This document shows positions 12,401 through 25,300 of a stretch of DNA of 64,000 bases, piece by piece. The notes below the pieces were generated by a model, which made no database searches, was not told the DNA's origin, and worked only from the letters and a program-made list of their open reading frames with translations. The stretch comes from Squalus acanthias (taxonomy: Eukaryota), in contig JASTWF010000033.1 in NCBI GenBank assembly GCA_030390025.1, positions 3,908,001-3,972,000 of the forward strand, written 5' to 3'. Positions within the stretch are counted from its first letter, which is position 1. Each line of letters opens with the position of its first letter. Made by a program: the position numbers and the translations under genes.

Positions 12401-15352
12401 TCCTCCAACGACAGGTCAACGCTCCCTCAGAACGGACACTCTTACAGTGCAACGCTCCCTCACTCCTGTCCCTCTGACAGTGCAGCGCTTCCTCAGTACT
12501 GCCAATACGACAGTATGGCGTTCTCTCAGTATTGCCCCTCCGAAAGTGCGTCACTCGCTCAGTACTGCTCCTCTGGCTGTGCGGCGCTGCAACAGTAAAT
12601 CTAATCCAACAGTACAGTGCTCCCTCAGTGCTGTCCCTCCGACAGTTCAGCGCTCACTCAATACACCCACTCTGACAGTCCAGCGTTCCCTCAGTACTAC
12701 CCATCCGACAATGAAGCGCTATCTCAGTACTGCCCCTTCAACAGTGCAGTTCTCCCTCAGTACTGCCACACCGACAGTGCCGCGTTCCCTCAGTCCTGCC
12801 CCTGTGAGAGTGCAGCCCTACCTCAGTACTGCCAATCCCACTGTGCATTGCTCTCTCAATACTGCACCTCTGATAATGAGGCGCTCCATCAATACTGCCC
12901 CTCCGTCAGTGCAGCGCTCCCTGAGTAATGCACAACCGACGGTGCAGCTTTCCCTAAATACTCCCACTCCGACATTGCGGCACTCCCTCAGTACTGCCGC
13001 TCCGACAGAGTAACGCTCCCTCAGTACGGACCCTCCTACAATGCTGTGCTCCCTCAGTACTGACCCACCGAGAGTGCCCCGCACACTCAGTCCTGTCCCT
13101 CTGTCAATGCAGTGCTTCCTCAGTTCTGCCAATCCGACAGTCCGGTGTTCCCTCAGAATTTCCGCTACGACTGTGCTGCACTCCCTCAGTACTGCTTCGC
13201 TGACAGTGCTGCACTCCCGCATTACTGCCCCTCGACAGTGAGACACTCACTGAATATTGCCCCTCTGTCAGTGCAGCGCTCCCTCAGTACTGACCCTCCG
13301 ACAGTGCCGCGCTCACTCATTACTGCACCACTGAAGGTGCCGTGCTCCCTCTGTGTTGCCCCTCCAATAGCGCGGCGCTCCATCAGTACTGCACCACCGA
13401 CAGTTCAGTGCTCCGTCGGTAATGTCCCTCAGGCTGTGCGATGCTCCCTCTGTACTCTCCCTCCGACAGTGCAGCGCTCCCTCAGTACTGACCCTCCAAC
13501 AGTGCCGCGTTCCCTCAGTAACGCCCCTCCGACAGTGCAATGCTCCCTCAGTACGGTCCATCCGACAGTTAATGCTCTCTCAGTACCGACCCTCTGACAG
13601 TGCAGCTCTTGCTCAGTACTGCTCCACCGACAGGCACGCGCTTCCTCACTCCTGCCCTCTGCAAGTTCCGCGCATCCTCAGTACTACCGCTCCGAAAGTG
13701 CGGCGTTGCCTCAATACTGCCCCTCCGACTGTGCGGCACTCCCTCAGTACTATGCCTCCGACAATGACGCCCTCCTTCATTCCTGCCACTCTGACAGTGC
13801 AGCTCTTTCCAGTACTGCTAATCCGACAGTGCAGCACTCAATCAGTACTGTCCACTCCGACAATGCATTCATGCGTCATTACTTACCCTGTCACAATCAG
13901 GCGCTCCTTCAATACTGACACTCCGACATAGCAGCACTCCCACAATACTTCACCTCTGACAGTTCAGCGCTCCCTCAGTGCTACCCGTCCGACAGGGCCG
14001 CACTCCCTCAGTACTGCCCCTCCGACAATGCTGCGCTCCCTCAGTACTGCTCCTCCGAGAGTGTGGCACTCCTCAGTACTTCCCCTCCGACAGTGCAGCA
14101 TTCCCTCAGTACAGAACGTCCCTCAGTGCGGCATTCCATAAGTAATTCGCCTCTGACAGTGCAGCGATCCCTCTGTACCGCACCTCCAACAGTGCAGCGC
14201 TCCCTCAGTCCTGCCCATCCGACAGTGCAGCGCTCCCTCAGTCCTGCCCATCCGACAGTGCAGCGTTCCCTCAGTCCTGCCCCTCTGATAATGAGGGGCT
14301 CCATCAATACTACCCCTCCGACAGTGCAGCGCTGCCTCAGTACTATCCCGAAGACAGGACAGCGCTCGCTCAGTACCTCATCTCCGACGGTGCAGGTTCC
14401 CTCATTGCTGAACTTCGGACAGTGCGGCGTTCCATCAGCACCGAAAATCCGACAGTGCGGCGCTCCCTCAGTACTGTCCCCCCGACAGTGCGACGCTCCC
14501 TCAGTACTGCCCCTCCGACAATGACGCCCTCCTTCATTCCTACCCCTCTGACAGTACAGCTCTGTCCAGTACTGCTGATCCGACAGTGCGGCACTCACTC
14601 AGTAGTGTCCAGTACAACAATGCAGTGATGCCTCATTAATTCCCCTCTGACAATCAGGCGCTCCTTCAATACTGACACTCCGTCATAGCAGCACCCCCTC
14701 AGTACTGCACCTCTGACAGTTCAGCGCTCACTCAATACTGCACCTCTGACAGTTCCGCGCTCCCTCAGTGCTGGCCCTCCGACAGGGCCGCACACCCTCA
14801 GTATCGCCCCTCCGACAATGCTGCGCTCCCTCAGTACTGCCCTTCCGGGATTGCGGCACTCTCTCAGTACTTCCCCTCCAACAGTGCAGCATTCCCTCAG
14901 TACAGAACGTCCCTCAGTGCGGCATTCCGTCAGTAATTCGCCTCCGACAGTGCAGCGTTCCCTCTGTACCGCACCTCCAACAGTGCAGCGCTCCCTCAGT
15001 CCTGCCCATCCGATAGTGCAGCGCTCTGTCGATAATGTATCTCCGGCTGTGCGGTGCTCCCGCAAAACTTTCCGTCCAACAGTGCAGCGCTCCCTCAGTA
15101 CTGGCCCTACGACAGTGCAGCGCTCGCTCAGTACTGTCCGCTCAGATAATGCAGTGCTCCTCAGTACTGCACCTCTGACCATTAGGCACCCCATTAATAC
15201 TGCGACTCCGACAGTGCCACGTTCCCTCTTAACTGTTAATCTAACAGTGCAGCACTTCCTCTGAACTGCAAATCCGGCAGTGCAGCGCTCCCTCAGTACT
15301 GTCCCTCTGGCTGTGCGGCGCTCCCTCAGTACTCCCCACCGACAGTGCAGCG

Positions 15353-16560
15353 CTATGTGGGAACATGACGAGGTAATGAGTAAACAGTTGAAAGGCCTTC
15401 TATCTTAAATGAGTAAGGGAGATTCAGACACCATACAGGAAGTGGAGAATATGCTAATAACCACACAAGACGAAACAGAAATATACAGACAAATTCAGGA
15501 TCACTTTAACAATGCGACAACAGGGATTAGTAAAACAGAACAAGACATCTCACGAGCTATGGTCTGCTCAATTTACGGGAGTTATATGATGGTTCAATTA
15601 ATGGCAGGATTAGGTGAAAGAGAACGCAACCGAGTCTCCTCATTTGTCAACGATTCCATGATTAGGAAATGGATTCATTATGAATAGGACTATAATGTAA
15701 AAGTGGCAAGAAAGCAGGGATTAGTATATTTGGTGAGAGGAAATGGGGATTATGACAGTCAGCCAATCGTTCCTGTCATACTGTGGCTGCCGCAGTTGCA
15801 CAAGATGAGGCAGTGGGAAGTATTGAAGGTGGAATCGATAGGGATGCTGGAAGGAAGGTTCCATAATTCTTTTCATCACGACAGCCCCACCCCCACCCCC
15901 CTCACCCTGATAAAGCGAAATGATACCTGGGACAGTCCAAATATGGGGTGCTGCACCGAATATAGTGGGGTTTACATGTGCAGGTGCGATGTCAGGACAC
16001 CCAATCGGCCCACCTGTGGATTCAAACTAGGCTCAGACTCACCCCTCTCTAGTATGAATGTGCAGAGGTGGTGATTAGACAGGATAAATTATGTTTATCT
16101 ACAAATTGGCATCTATGCGTCACCACTCGAGCTAAATCATACCAGCATGTGCAAAATGAATGTCCAATAAATCATCTACCTTTTGTTTTAAACCCACACA
16201 AATGGTCCGAATAGGCAGCCACACCCTCCTACCGGTAATAATTCACAATATTACCGAACTAAGAGTGAGCTTTTCAGTGCAAGCAGAAGCCCTGAGAGCA
16301 GTGGATAACTTTGGACTTCCAATTCCACCCCATCCCGAAAACTTAAAGCCATTATAGAGAGAACTTCAACTTCACAAATGCAATTTGTCCAGGTGCAACA
16401 AAGCAATGATAGAACCCAGAGAGTGATTATGACCCTAGGGAGTTGCAGTTGGTGGGACAACACCCACTGTACAGAATGATTTTTTATGGCAATCTAACCC
16501 TTCCAAATAATATTAACGTTTATCGTATTGTTATGAAATGCTATCTGCGGAGTGTAATCC
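15353..16560 (+). pseudogene. env: 5'-truncated retroviral env pseudogene (post-cleavage subunit), duplicate of the 59.4-60.6 kb copy
   Basis: MSKGDSDTIQEVENML..., GCCTEYSGVYMCRCD..TCGF, STFCFKPTQMVRIG, SCSWWDN followed by a hydrophobic segment. Stops and frameshifts present. Confidence 0.8.
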
Positions 16561-17320
16561 ATAGAGTTTCTCGGCGTGCTATGACTGTTCATAACTTAGA
16601 CTTACAGCAATGCTTGTCAGAAAGTAGATTGAGGTAGTTGAGGAATCAATGTTTAATACATTTCATCCTCGAGGTGGGGACTTGCACAAAATGCTGGTAT
16701 TCGAGTGTCTTAGTAGATGGGAATCATATATGTATAAATTCAAGAGTAGCCATTGACCAACTAATCTTACCCATGATTCTCTGTGAGTATGGAAAGGCTA
16801 AAGACTGTTCGAATGTAGCCACAAGGCAGTTAAAAGCAGTTTTAACTAAGCTCAGATAATAAACAGCCACATGATTCGAGTGAAGGTTAAATTGTTAAAT
16901 AAAATATTGTAGTACTAATAACTGATTATAATCCGAAGTAGGAATTAGAGTTCGATTAACAAAACTAATTGCAAAGATATTTGAAAGATAATTATTATAA
17001 AAGATGAAAAATGTACGAGATCTTGTGAGTAAAAGTATCCACTTGGCAGCTCAAAGTGAGATATTCTGGACATCGTCAAGGTAAGCGAGGCAGCTCTGAA
17101 TTGGCCGACTTGGTATTGGTATTCTACCTTCCCTGCTTGTACCAGGGAAGGTAGAATAAGAGAGATAAGATAAGTTCCAATAAAGTGAAGAAACGTATAA
17201 ATAAGCTAACCATGAACAGGGTAGATCAGGGAAAGTTACTGAGCCAGGAGCAGTCATGATGGTACATTTAGTCTGAGTGAAAGATAGTATATTGAACATC
17301 AGAACCTATGAAAAAAGGGG
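16561..17320 (+). mobile_element. Proviral region 3' of env, ending in a polypurine-tract-like GAAAAAAGGGG (17310-17320)
   Basis: Mirror of 57969-59370 minus the PLE insertion; AT-rich; purine run at its end. Confidence 0.65.
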
Positions 17321-18100
17321 TATACAGAGTAAAGCTCCATGTACAATGTCCCTTCAAACACTTCCAGGGCTGGTACAGCACGGGTTAGATACAGAGTAAA
17401 GCTCCCGGTACAATGTCCCTTCAAACAGTCCCAGGGCAGGTACAGCTCCGGTTAGATACAGAGTACAGCTCTCTCTACTGTGTCCCTTCAAACACTCCCA
17501 GGGTAGATACATCACTGTTTAGATACAGAGTATTGCACCCTGTACAATGTCCCATCAAACACTCCCAGGGCAGGTACAGCAAGGATTATATACAGAGTAA
17601 AGCTCCCTCTACACTGTCCCATCAATACCTCCCAGGGCAGGTACAGCACGGATTGATACAGTGTAAAGCTCCCTCTACACTGTCCAATCAATAACTCCCA
17701 GGGCAGTTTCAGGGGGTTAGACGCAACGTAAACTCTCTCTACACTGTTACATTAACAGTCCCAGGACTGCAGCAGCACGGGCAAGATACAGAGGAAAGTT
17801 CCCTATAAACTTTGCCATCAAACACTCCCAGGGCAGGGACAGCACGAGTTAGATACAAAGTAAAGCTCGCTCTACACTGGCTCAAAACACACTCCCAGAG
17901 CAGTTAGATCACGGGTTAGATCCATAGTAAAGCTCCCTCTACAATGTCACTTCAAACACTCGCAGTGCCGGTACAACACGGGATAGATACAGAGTAATGC
18001 TCCCTCTACCCTGGTCATGAAACACTCCCAGGGCGGTTATAGCACGGGTTAGATACAGTGTAAACCTGCCTCTACACTATCTCTTCAAACACGCCCAGGG
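17321..18100 (+). repeat. 67-bp tandem array (GGTTAGATACAGAGTAAAGCTCCCTCTACACTGTCCCATCAAACACTCCCAGGGCAGGTACAGCACG)
   Basis: About 11-12 imperfect units. The 67-bp period was measured at 20706/20773 and 56874/56941. Confidence 0.95.
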
Positions 18101-18104
18101 TTTT

Positions 18105-20390
18105 TATAACAGTACGTAGAGGAGCCAACTATGGAACAGGCTATCCAAGATTGGGTATTGTGCAATGAGAAGGGGTTAATTAATAAGCTTACTGTGCGGG
18201 GTCCTTTAGGGAACAGTGATCATAAAATAATATAATTCTTCATTAAGATGGAAAGTGAAGTAGTCCAATCCGAAACTAGGGTCCTAAATCTAAACAAAGG
18301 AATCTACGAAGGTATGAGGAGTGAGTTGGCTATGATAGATTGGGGAGCTTCATTTAAAGGCATGACGGTGGGTAGGCAATGGTTAACATTTAATGAATGA
18401 ATGCATGAATTGCAATAGTTATATATCCATGTCTGGTGCAAAACTCAAAAGGAAAACCGTCCCAAACATGGCCAACAAAAGAAATTAATGGTATTATTAG
18501 ATCCGATCATATAAAGTAGCAAGCCTGTGGATTGGGAGCTGTTTAGAATGCAGCAAGAACGGACCAAGAGATTGATTAAGAGGAGAAAAATAGAGTATGA
18601 GAGTAAACTTGCAAGGAACATAAAAGCAGATTGTATACCTTCTCCAAGTATGTAAACAGAAAAAGATTGGTGAACACAAATTTAGGTCACTTACAGTCAG
18701 AAACGGGAGAATTTATAATGGGGAACAAGGAAATGGCTGAGCAATTAAACAAATACTTTGGTTCTGTCTTCACGGAAGAGGACGCAAATAACTTTCCAGT
18801 AATGCTAGGGAACCAAGGGTTTAGTGAGAAGGAGGAAGTAAATCAAATTAGTACTAGAAAAAAAATAGTGCTCGAGAAATTAATGGCACTGAAAGCAGAT
18901 AAATCCCCAGGGCCTGATCATTTACATCCCAGAGTACTAAAAGAGGTAGCGATGGAAATAATGGATGTCATCTTCCAAAATTCTTTAGATTATGGAACGG
19001 TTCCTGCAGATTAGAAGTTGGCAAATGTAACCCCAATATTCAAAAAAGGAGGGAGAGAGATTACAGGGCACTGCAGATCGGTTAACCTAACATCAGTAGT
19101 AGACAAAGTTAACATGGATTTATGAAAGGGAATTCGTGTTTGACAAGCCTACTGGAGTTTTTTGAGGATGTAACTGCTAGAATAGATAAGGGAGAGCCAG
19201 TGGATGTGGTGTATTTGGATTTTTAGAAGGCCTTTTATAAAGTCCCACATAAGAGGTTAGTGTGCAAAATTAAAGCAAATGGGATTGGGGGTAATATACT
19301 GGCATGGATTGAAAATTGGTTAACAGACAGGAAACAGAGAGCAGGAATAAATGGATCTTTTTCAGGGTGGCAGGTAGTGAATAGTGGGGTACCGCAGGGA
19401 TCAGTGCTTGGGCCCCAGCTATTCTCAATATATATCAATTATTTGGATGAGAGAACCAAATACAATATTTCCAAGTTTGCTGATGACGTGAAACTAGGTG
19501 GATTGTGAGTTGTGAGGAGGAAGCAAAGAGGCTTCAAGGCGATTTAGACAAGTTGAGTGAGTGGGCAAATACATGGCAGATGCAGTTTAACGTGGATAAA
19601 CTTGAAGTTATCCAATTCAGTAGGAAAAACAGAAAGGCAGAGTAAAATTTAAATGGTGATAGTTTGGAAAATGTTCATGTAAAAGGGACCCGGGTGTCTT
19701 TGTACACCAGTCACTGAAAGCAAACATGCAGGTGCAGCAAGCAGTTAGGAAAGCAAGTGGTATATTGGCCTTCATTGCAAGAGGATTTGAGTACAGGAGC
19801 AAGGATGTCTTACTACAATTATACAGGGCCTTGCTGAGACCACACCTGGAGTACTGTGTGCAGTTTTGGGCTCCTTACCTAAGAGAGGATATACTTGCCA
19901 TAGCGGGAGTGCAGCGAAGGTTCACCAGACTGATTCCTGGGATGGCAGGACTGTCGTATGAGGACAGATTGGATCGACTAGGCACAAGAGTTTAGAAGAA
20001 TCAGAAGGGATCTCATTGAAACGTAAACAATTCTGACAAGGCGGGGCAGACTGGAAACAGGGAGGATGTTTTCCCTGGCTGTGGCGTCTATAACGAGGGG
20101 TCACAGTCTCAGGATACGGGATAGGACATTTAGGACTGAGATGAGGAGAAATTTCTTCACTCAGAGGATGGTGAACCTGTGGAATTCTCTACCACAGAAG
20201 GCTGTGGAGGCCAAGTCACTGAATATATTTAAGAATGAGATAGATAGATTTCTAGACACAAAAGGGTATGGGGAGAGAGTGCGAATATGGTATTGAGATA
20301 CAGGACCAGCCATGATCATATTGAATGGCGGAGCAGGCTCAAAGGGCCGAATGGCCTATTGCTGCTCGTATTTTTCTATGTTTCGATGTT
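18105..20390 (+). mobile_element. 5'-truncated CR1-clade LINE (ORF2 RT remnant plus 3' UTR)
   Basis: [52 protein letters not shown]; 3' hairpin GGCCGAATGGCCT and a TTTCTATG-like tail. Multiple stops. Confidence 0.95.
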
Positions 20391-20864
20391 TCTACACTGT
20401 CCCATCAAAAACTCCCATGGCAGCTACAGCACGGGGTAGATACAGAGTAAAGCTCAGTCTACACTGTCCTTTCGAACACTCCCAGGGCAGTTGCAACATG
20501 GGTCAGATAGCGAGTAAAGCTTACACTACACAGTCCCATTAAGCACTCCCAGGGCAGGTAAAGCACGGGTTAGGTACAGAGTAAAGCTCCCTCCACACTC
20601 TCCCTACAAATACTCCCAGGGCAGGTGCAGCACGTGTTAGATAGGGTTAAAGCTCCCTCTATATTCTCCCCATCAAACACTCCCAGGGCATGTACAGCAC
20701 GGGTTAGATACAGAGTAAAGCTCCTTCTATACTGTCCCATCAAACACTCCCAGGGTAGGTACAGCACGGGTTAGATTCAGAGTAAAGCTCCCTCCACACT
20801 GTCCCTCAAACACTACCAGGGCAGGTGCAGCACGGGTTAAATAGAGAGTAAAGCTCCCTCCACA
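20391..20864 (+). repeat. 67-bp tandem array (about 7 units)
   Basis: Same unit as 17321-18100. Confidence 0.95.
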
Positions 20865-22033
20865 ACTTTTAGATGAAGTAACAGAGAGGATTGCTGAAGG
20901 TAATGCATTGGATGTTGTCTACATGGATTTTAGGAAGGCGGTTGACAATATATCACTTAGAAGGCTGGTAAACCAAAGTGAGACTCATGGAATAGGCAGC
21001 TTGGATAAGGAATTGGCTTAAGGACAGGAAAGAGCGAGTTGTGGTAAATGGCTGTTTTTCAGACTGGATGATGCTAGACAGTGGTGTTCCTCAAGAGTCA
21101 GTGCAGTGACCACTGCTTTTTTGATATATATAAATGACCTGGATATTGGAATACAGAGTAGATTTCTACATTTGCGAATGACACCAAACTAGTGGTTGTG
21201 GCAAAGAGTGATGATGATATCAATCGACTGCAACAGGACATAGAACGGCTAGCAGAATGGGCAGACAAGTGGCAGATGGAATTTAATACAGAGAAGAGTG
21301 AGTTAATGCATTTTGGCAGAAGGGACAGTGAGAGACAATATACACTTAATGAAACAGTTTTAAAGAGTGCGCAGGGACAGAGGGACCTGGGAGCTAATGT
21401 GCATAGGTCCCTGAAGGTGGCGGGACATCTTGAGAGAGTGGTTAGCAAAGCATATGGGATCTTGGACTACAAAATAGAGGTATTGAGTGCGTTATGTTGA
21501 ACCTTTATAAAGTGCTGGTTAGGCCACAACTGGAACATTGCATCCAGTTCTGGTCACCACACTTTAGGAAGTATGTGAAGGTCCATGAGAGGTTGCAGAT
21601 GAGATTTACCAGAATGGTGGAAGCGGAAACACTCAATGTTTTCAAGGGGAGACTAGATAGACACTTGAGGGAAATAAACGTGCAGGGCTACGGGGATAGA
21701 GCGGGGGAATGTGATTGGCTGGATTGCTCACAGAGATCCGGCACCGTCTTGATGGGCAGAAAGGCCTCCTTCTGTGCCTCTATGACTACACTGTCCAGTC
21801 AAACACTACCAGGGCACGTACAGCATAGAATACAAGAGCAGGGGGTGTGGGGGGTGGGGGTTATACTTCAACTGTACAAAACACTAGTTTAGCCTCAGCT
21901 AGAGTACTGCGTGCACCACATTACACGAAAGATGTGATTGCACCAGAGAGGGTACAGATGAGATGTACAAGGATATTGCCGGGAGTAGAGAATCTTAGCT
22001 ATGTGGAAAGACTGGACAGGCTGGGTTTCTTTT
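20865..22033 (+). mobile_element. Two degenerate CR1 fragments (20865-21786, internally deleted; about 21826-22033) separated by a 67-bp-repeat remnant
   Basis: LQQDIERLAEWADKWQMEFN, LYKVLVRPQLEHCIQFWSP; mirror of 51700-52876. Confidence 0.9.
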
Positions 22034-22322
22034 CACAGAATCCCCACAGTGCAGATAGAGGCCATTTCGGCCCATGGAGCCTGCACCGACACATATCCCA
22101 GTATTTAATACCCCTAACACTAAGGGTCAATTTTTATCACAGCAAACTCAACCTAACACGCACATCTTTGGACTGTGGGAGGAAACCGGAGCACCCGGAG
22201 GAAACCCACGCAGACACGGGGAGAATGTGCAAACTCCACACAGACAGTCACCCGAGGCCGCATTCGAACCCGTGTCCCTGGCGCTGGGAAGCAACAGTGC
22301 TAACCACTATGCCACCGTATCC
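22034..22322 (-). mobile_element. tRNA-derived V-SINE (HE1-like)
   Basis: Minus strand: A-box TGGCATAGTGG, B-box GGTTCGAATGC, V-domain GTGTGGAGTTTGCACATTCTCCCCGTGTCTGCGTGGGTTTCCTCCGGGTGCTCCGGTTTCCTCCCACAGTCCAAAGA, and a CR1-type 3' end GGGCCGAAATGGCCTC. Confidence 0.92.
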
Positions 22323-22344
22323 CGCTACACTGTCCCATCAAATA

Positions 22345-25300
22345 TATTGGCGTTGTTAGTGAAGGATGAAGTCAGAGCTATAGTGAGAAAGGATATTGGC
22401 TCAGGAAACAAAAGATGTGGAATCAGTCTGAGTGGAGCTAAGAAGCAGCAAGGGGTGGAAAACATTGGTTGGAGTTGTTTATAGGCATCCAAACAGTAGT
22501 GCTATTGTAGAGGATGGCATCAAACATGAAATTAGAGATGCATGTAACAATGGAACTACAGTAATCATTGGTGACATTAATTTACATCTAGACTGGCTAA
22601 ACCAAGTTAGCGATAATACAGTGGAGGATGATTTCCTGGAGTGTGTACGAGATGGTTTTTCAGACCAGTACGTGGTGGAGCAAATTGGGTACAGGCTATC
22701 CTAGATTGGGAATTGTACAATGAGAAGGAATTAATTAATAAACGTTTTGTGCGGGGTCCTTTAGGGAAGAGTGAACAGAACATGATAGAAATCTTCATTA
22801 AGATGGAAAGTGAAGAAGTCCAATTCGAAACTAGGTTCCTAAATCTAAACAAATCAAAGCTACGAAGGTATGAGGAGTACGTTGGCTATGATAGATTGGG
22901 GAGCTTCGTTAAAAGCCATATCGTTGGGTAGGCAATGGCTAACATTTAAGGAACGAACGCATGAATTGCAACAGTTATACATTAATCTCTGGCGCAAAAA
23001 CACAAAAGGAAAAGCGGCCCAACCGTGGCTACCAAAATAAATTAAGGGTAGTATTAGCTCCAAAGAGGAGTCATATAAAGTTGCCAGAAAAAGTAGCAAG
23101 CCTGAGGATTGGGAACAGCTTACGGTTCAGCAAAAAAGGATGAAAAGATTGATTAAGAGGAGAAACATAGTGTTTGAGAATAAACTTGCAAAGAACATAA
23201 AAGCGGAATGTAAAAGCTTCTAAAAGTATGTAAAAATAAAACGAGTAGTGAAGGCAATTGTGGGTCCCTTACATTCAGAAACGGGAGAATTTGTAATGGG
23301 GAACAAGGAAAAGGCTGAGCAGTTAAATACATACTTTGGTTCTGTCTTCATGGAAGAGGACACAAATAAATTCCCACGGTTCTAGAGAGAAGGAGGAATT
23401 AAAGGAAATTAGTATTAGTAAATAAATAGTGCTGGAGTAATTAATGGGACTGAAAGCTAATAAATCTCCAGGGCCTGATAATCTGCATCACAGAGTAATA
23501 AAAGAGGTAGCCTTGGAAATATTGAATGCATTGTTTGTCATCTTCAAAAATTCTATAGATTATGGAACAGTTCCTACAGATTGGAGGGTGGCAAATGTAA
23601 CACCACTATTTAAAAAAAGGAGGAAGAGAGATAACAGGGAACTACAGACCAGTTAGTCTAACATCATTGGTAGAGAAAATGCTGGTTTCTATTATACAGG
23701 ATGCGATAACAGGTCAAGGGTGGGACCAACAAGCCCAGGCAACCCTGAATGTCAAGTGATATACGAGAATGGATTAGGAAAAAAAGGGAGGCTTTTGGCA
23801 GATACAAAGGACTAAAAACAGTGGAAGCTCTAGAGGAGTACAGAAAGTAGGGGGGTACTTAAAAAGTAAATTAGGAGAGCGAAGAGGGGGCATGAAATAA
23901 CACTGGCGGGCAAAATAAAGGAACATACCAAGGTGTTTTATAAGTATATTAAGGGCAAGCGTATAACCAGTGAAAGAGCAGGGCCCATTAGGGACCAAAG
24001 TGGCAATCTGTGTGTAGAGCCAGAAGATGTAGGTGAGGTTTTAAATTAATATTTTGCATATGTGTTCAATATGGAGCAGCACGATGTAGGCATAGAAATT
24101 AGGCAGGGGGATTGTGATATACTTGAATAAATTAGTATTGAGAGGGAGGAGGTATTAGCGGTTTTAGCAGGCTAAAAAGTGGATAAATCCCAGCCCCAGA
24201 CGAGATGTATCCAAGGCTCCTGTGTGAGGCAAGGGAGGAGATTGCAGGGGCTCTGACACAAATTTTCAGAACATCTCTGGCCACTGGGGAGGTGCCAGAG
24301 GACTGGAGAATAGCTAACGTAGTACCATTATTCAAGAAGGGTAGTAGGGATAAACCAGGGAATTACAGGCCATTGAGCATAACATCAGTGGAAGGGAAAT
24401 TATTGGAAAAAATTCTGAGGGACAGAAATAGTCTCCACTTGGCGAGGCAAGGATTAATCAAGGATAGTCAGCAAGGCTTTGTCAGGGGGAGAGCATGTCT
24501 GACTAATTTGATTGAATTTTTCACTGGGGTGACTAGGTGTGTGGATGAGGGTAATGTAGTTGATGTAGTCTACATGGACTACAGTAAGGCTTTTGACAAA
24601 GTCCCGCATGGGAGACTGTTCAAGACGGTAAAAGCCCATGGGATCCAGGGCAATTTGGCACATTGCATACAAAATTGGCATAGTGGCAGGAGGCAAAGGG
24701 TGATGTTCGAAGGTTGTTTTTGTGACTGAAAGCCTGTGTCCAGTGGTGTACCTCAGGGATCGGTGCTGGACCCTTTGCTGTTTTAGTTTACATTAATCAT
24801 TTAGATATGAATGTAGGAGGTATGATCAGTAAGTTTCCAGATGACACGAAAATTGGTGGGGTGGTAAATAGCGAGCAGGGAAGCCTCAGGCTACAGGACG
24901 ATATAGACGGTATGGTCAGATGGGCAGAACAGTGGCAAATGGAATTTCACCATGAAAAGTGTGAGGTGATGCATTTTGGGACGACTAACAAGGCAAGGGA
25001 ATACACAATGAACGGTAGGACCCTAGGAAGGACAAAGGATCAGATGGACGTTGGTGTGCATGTACTTAGATTCATGAAGGCAGCAGGACAGGTAGGTAAG
25101 GTGGTTAAAACGCATATGGTATACGTGCCTTCATTAGCCGAGGCATAGATTATAAGAGCAGGGAGGTTATGATGGAGCTGTACAAAACGCTAGCTAGGCC
25201 ACAGCTGGAATACTGTGTGCAGTTCTGGTCGCCACACTACAGGAAGGATGTGATTGCATTGGAGAGGGTGCAGAGGAGATTCACCAGGATGTTACCTGGG

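Larger units (their letters stand above)
1..15354. repeat. 33-bp tandem satellite (consensus CTCCCTCAGTACTGCCCCTCCGACAGTGCAGCG), degenerate monomers, continues off the left edge
   Basis: Hundreds of imperfect head-to-tail copies. The ORF track shows the 11-aa periodic translations STAPPTVQRSL / LPQYCPSDSAA / APSVLPLRQCS. Confidence 0.97.

Noticed and set aside
25..15264. Dozens of Ser/Thr/Pro-rich mucin-like ORFs (up to 366 aa)
   Set aside because: The 33-bp unit is a multiple of 3 with stop-poor frames. ORFs overlap in all six frames and break at random.
1..15354. CRISPR array (33-bp repeats with dyad symmetry)
   Set aside because: No unique spacers, degenerate head-to-tail monomers, no cas genes, vertebrate repeat context.
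15409..16440. Domesticated (syncytin-like) env
   Set aside because: Both copies carry stops and frameshifts, some of them shared, and the left copy lacks the N-terminal half.
22250..22322. tRNA genes (also 33085-33157)
   Set aside because: The A/B boxes belong to the tRNA-derived heads of V-SINEs.
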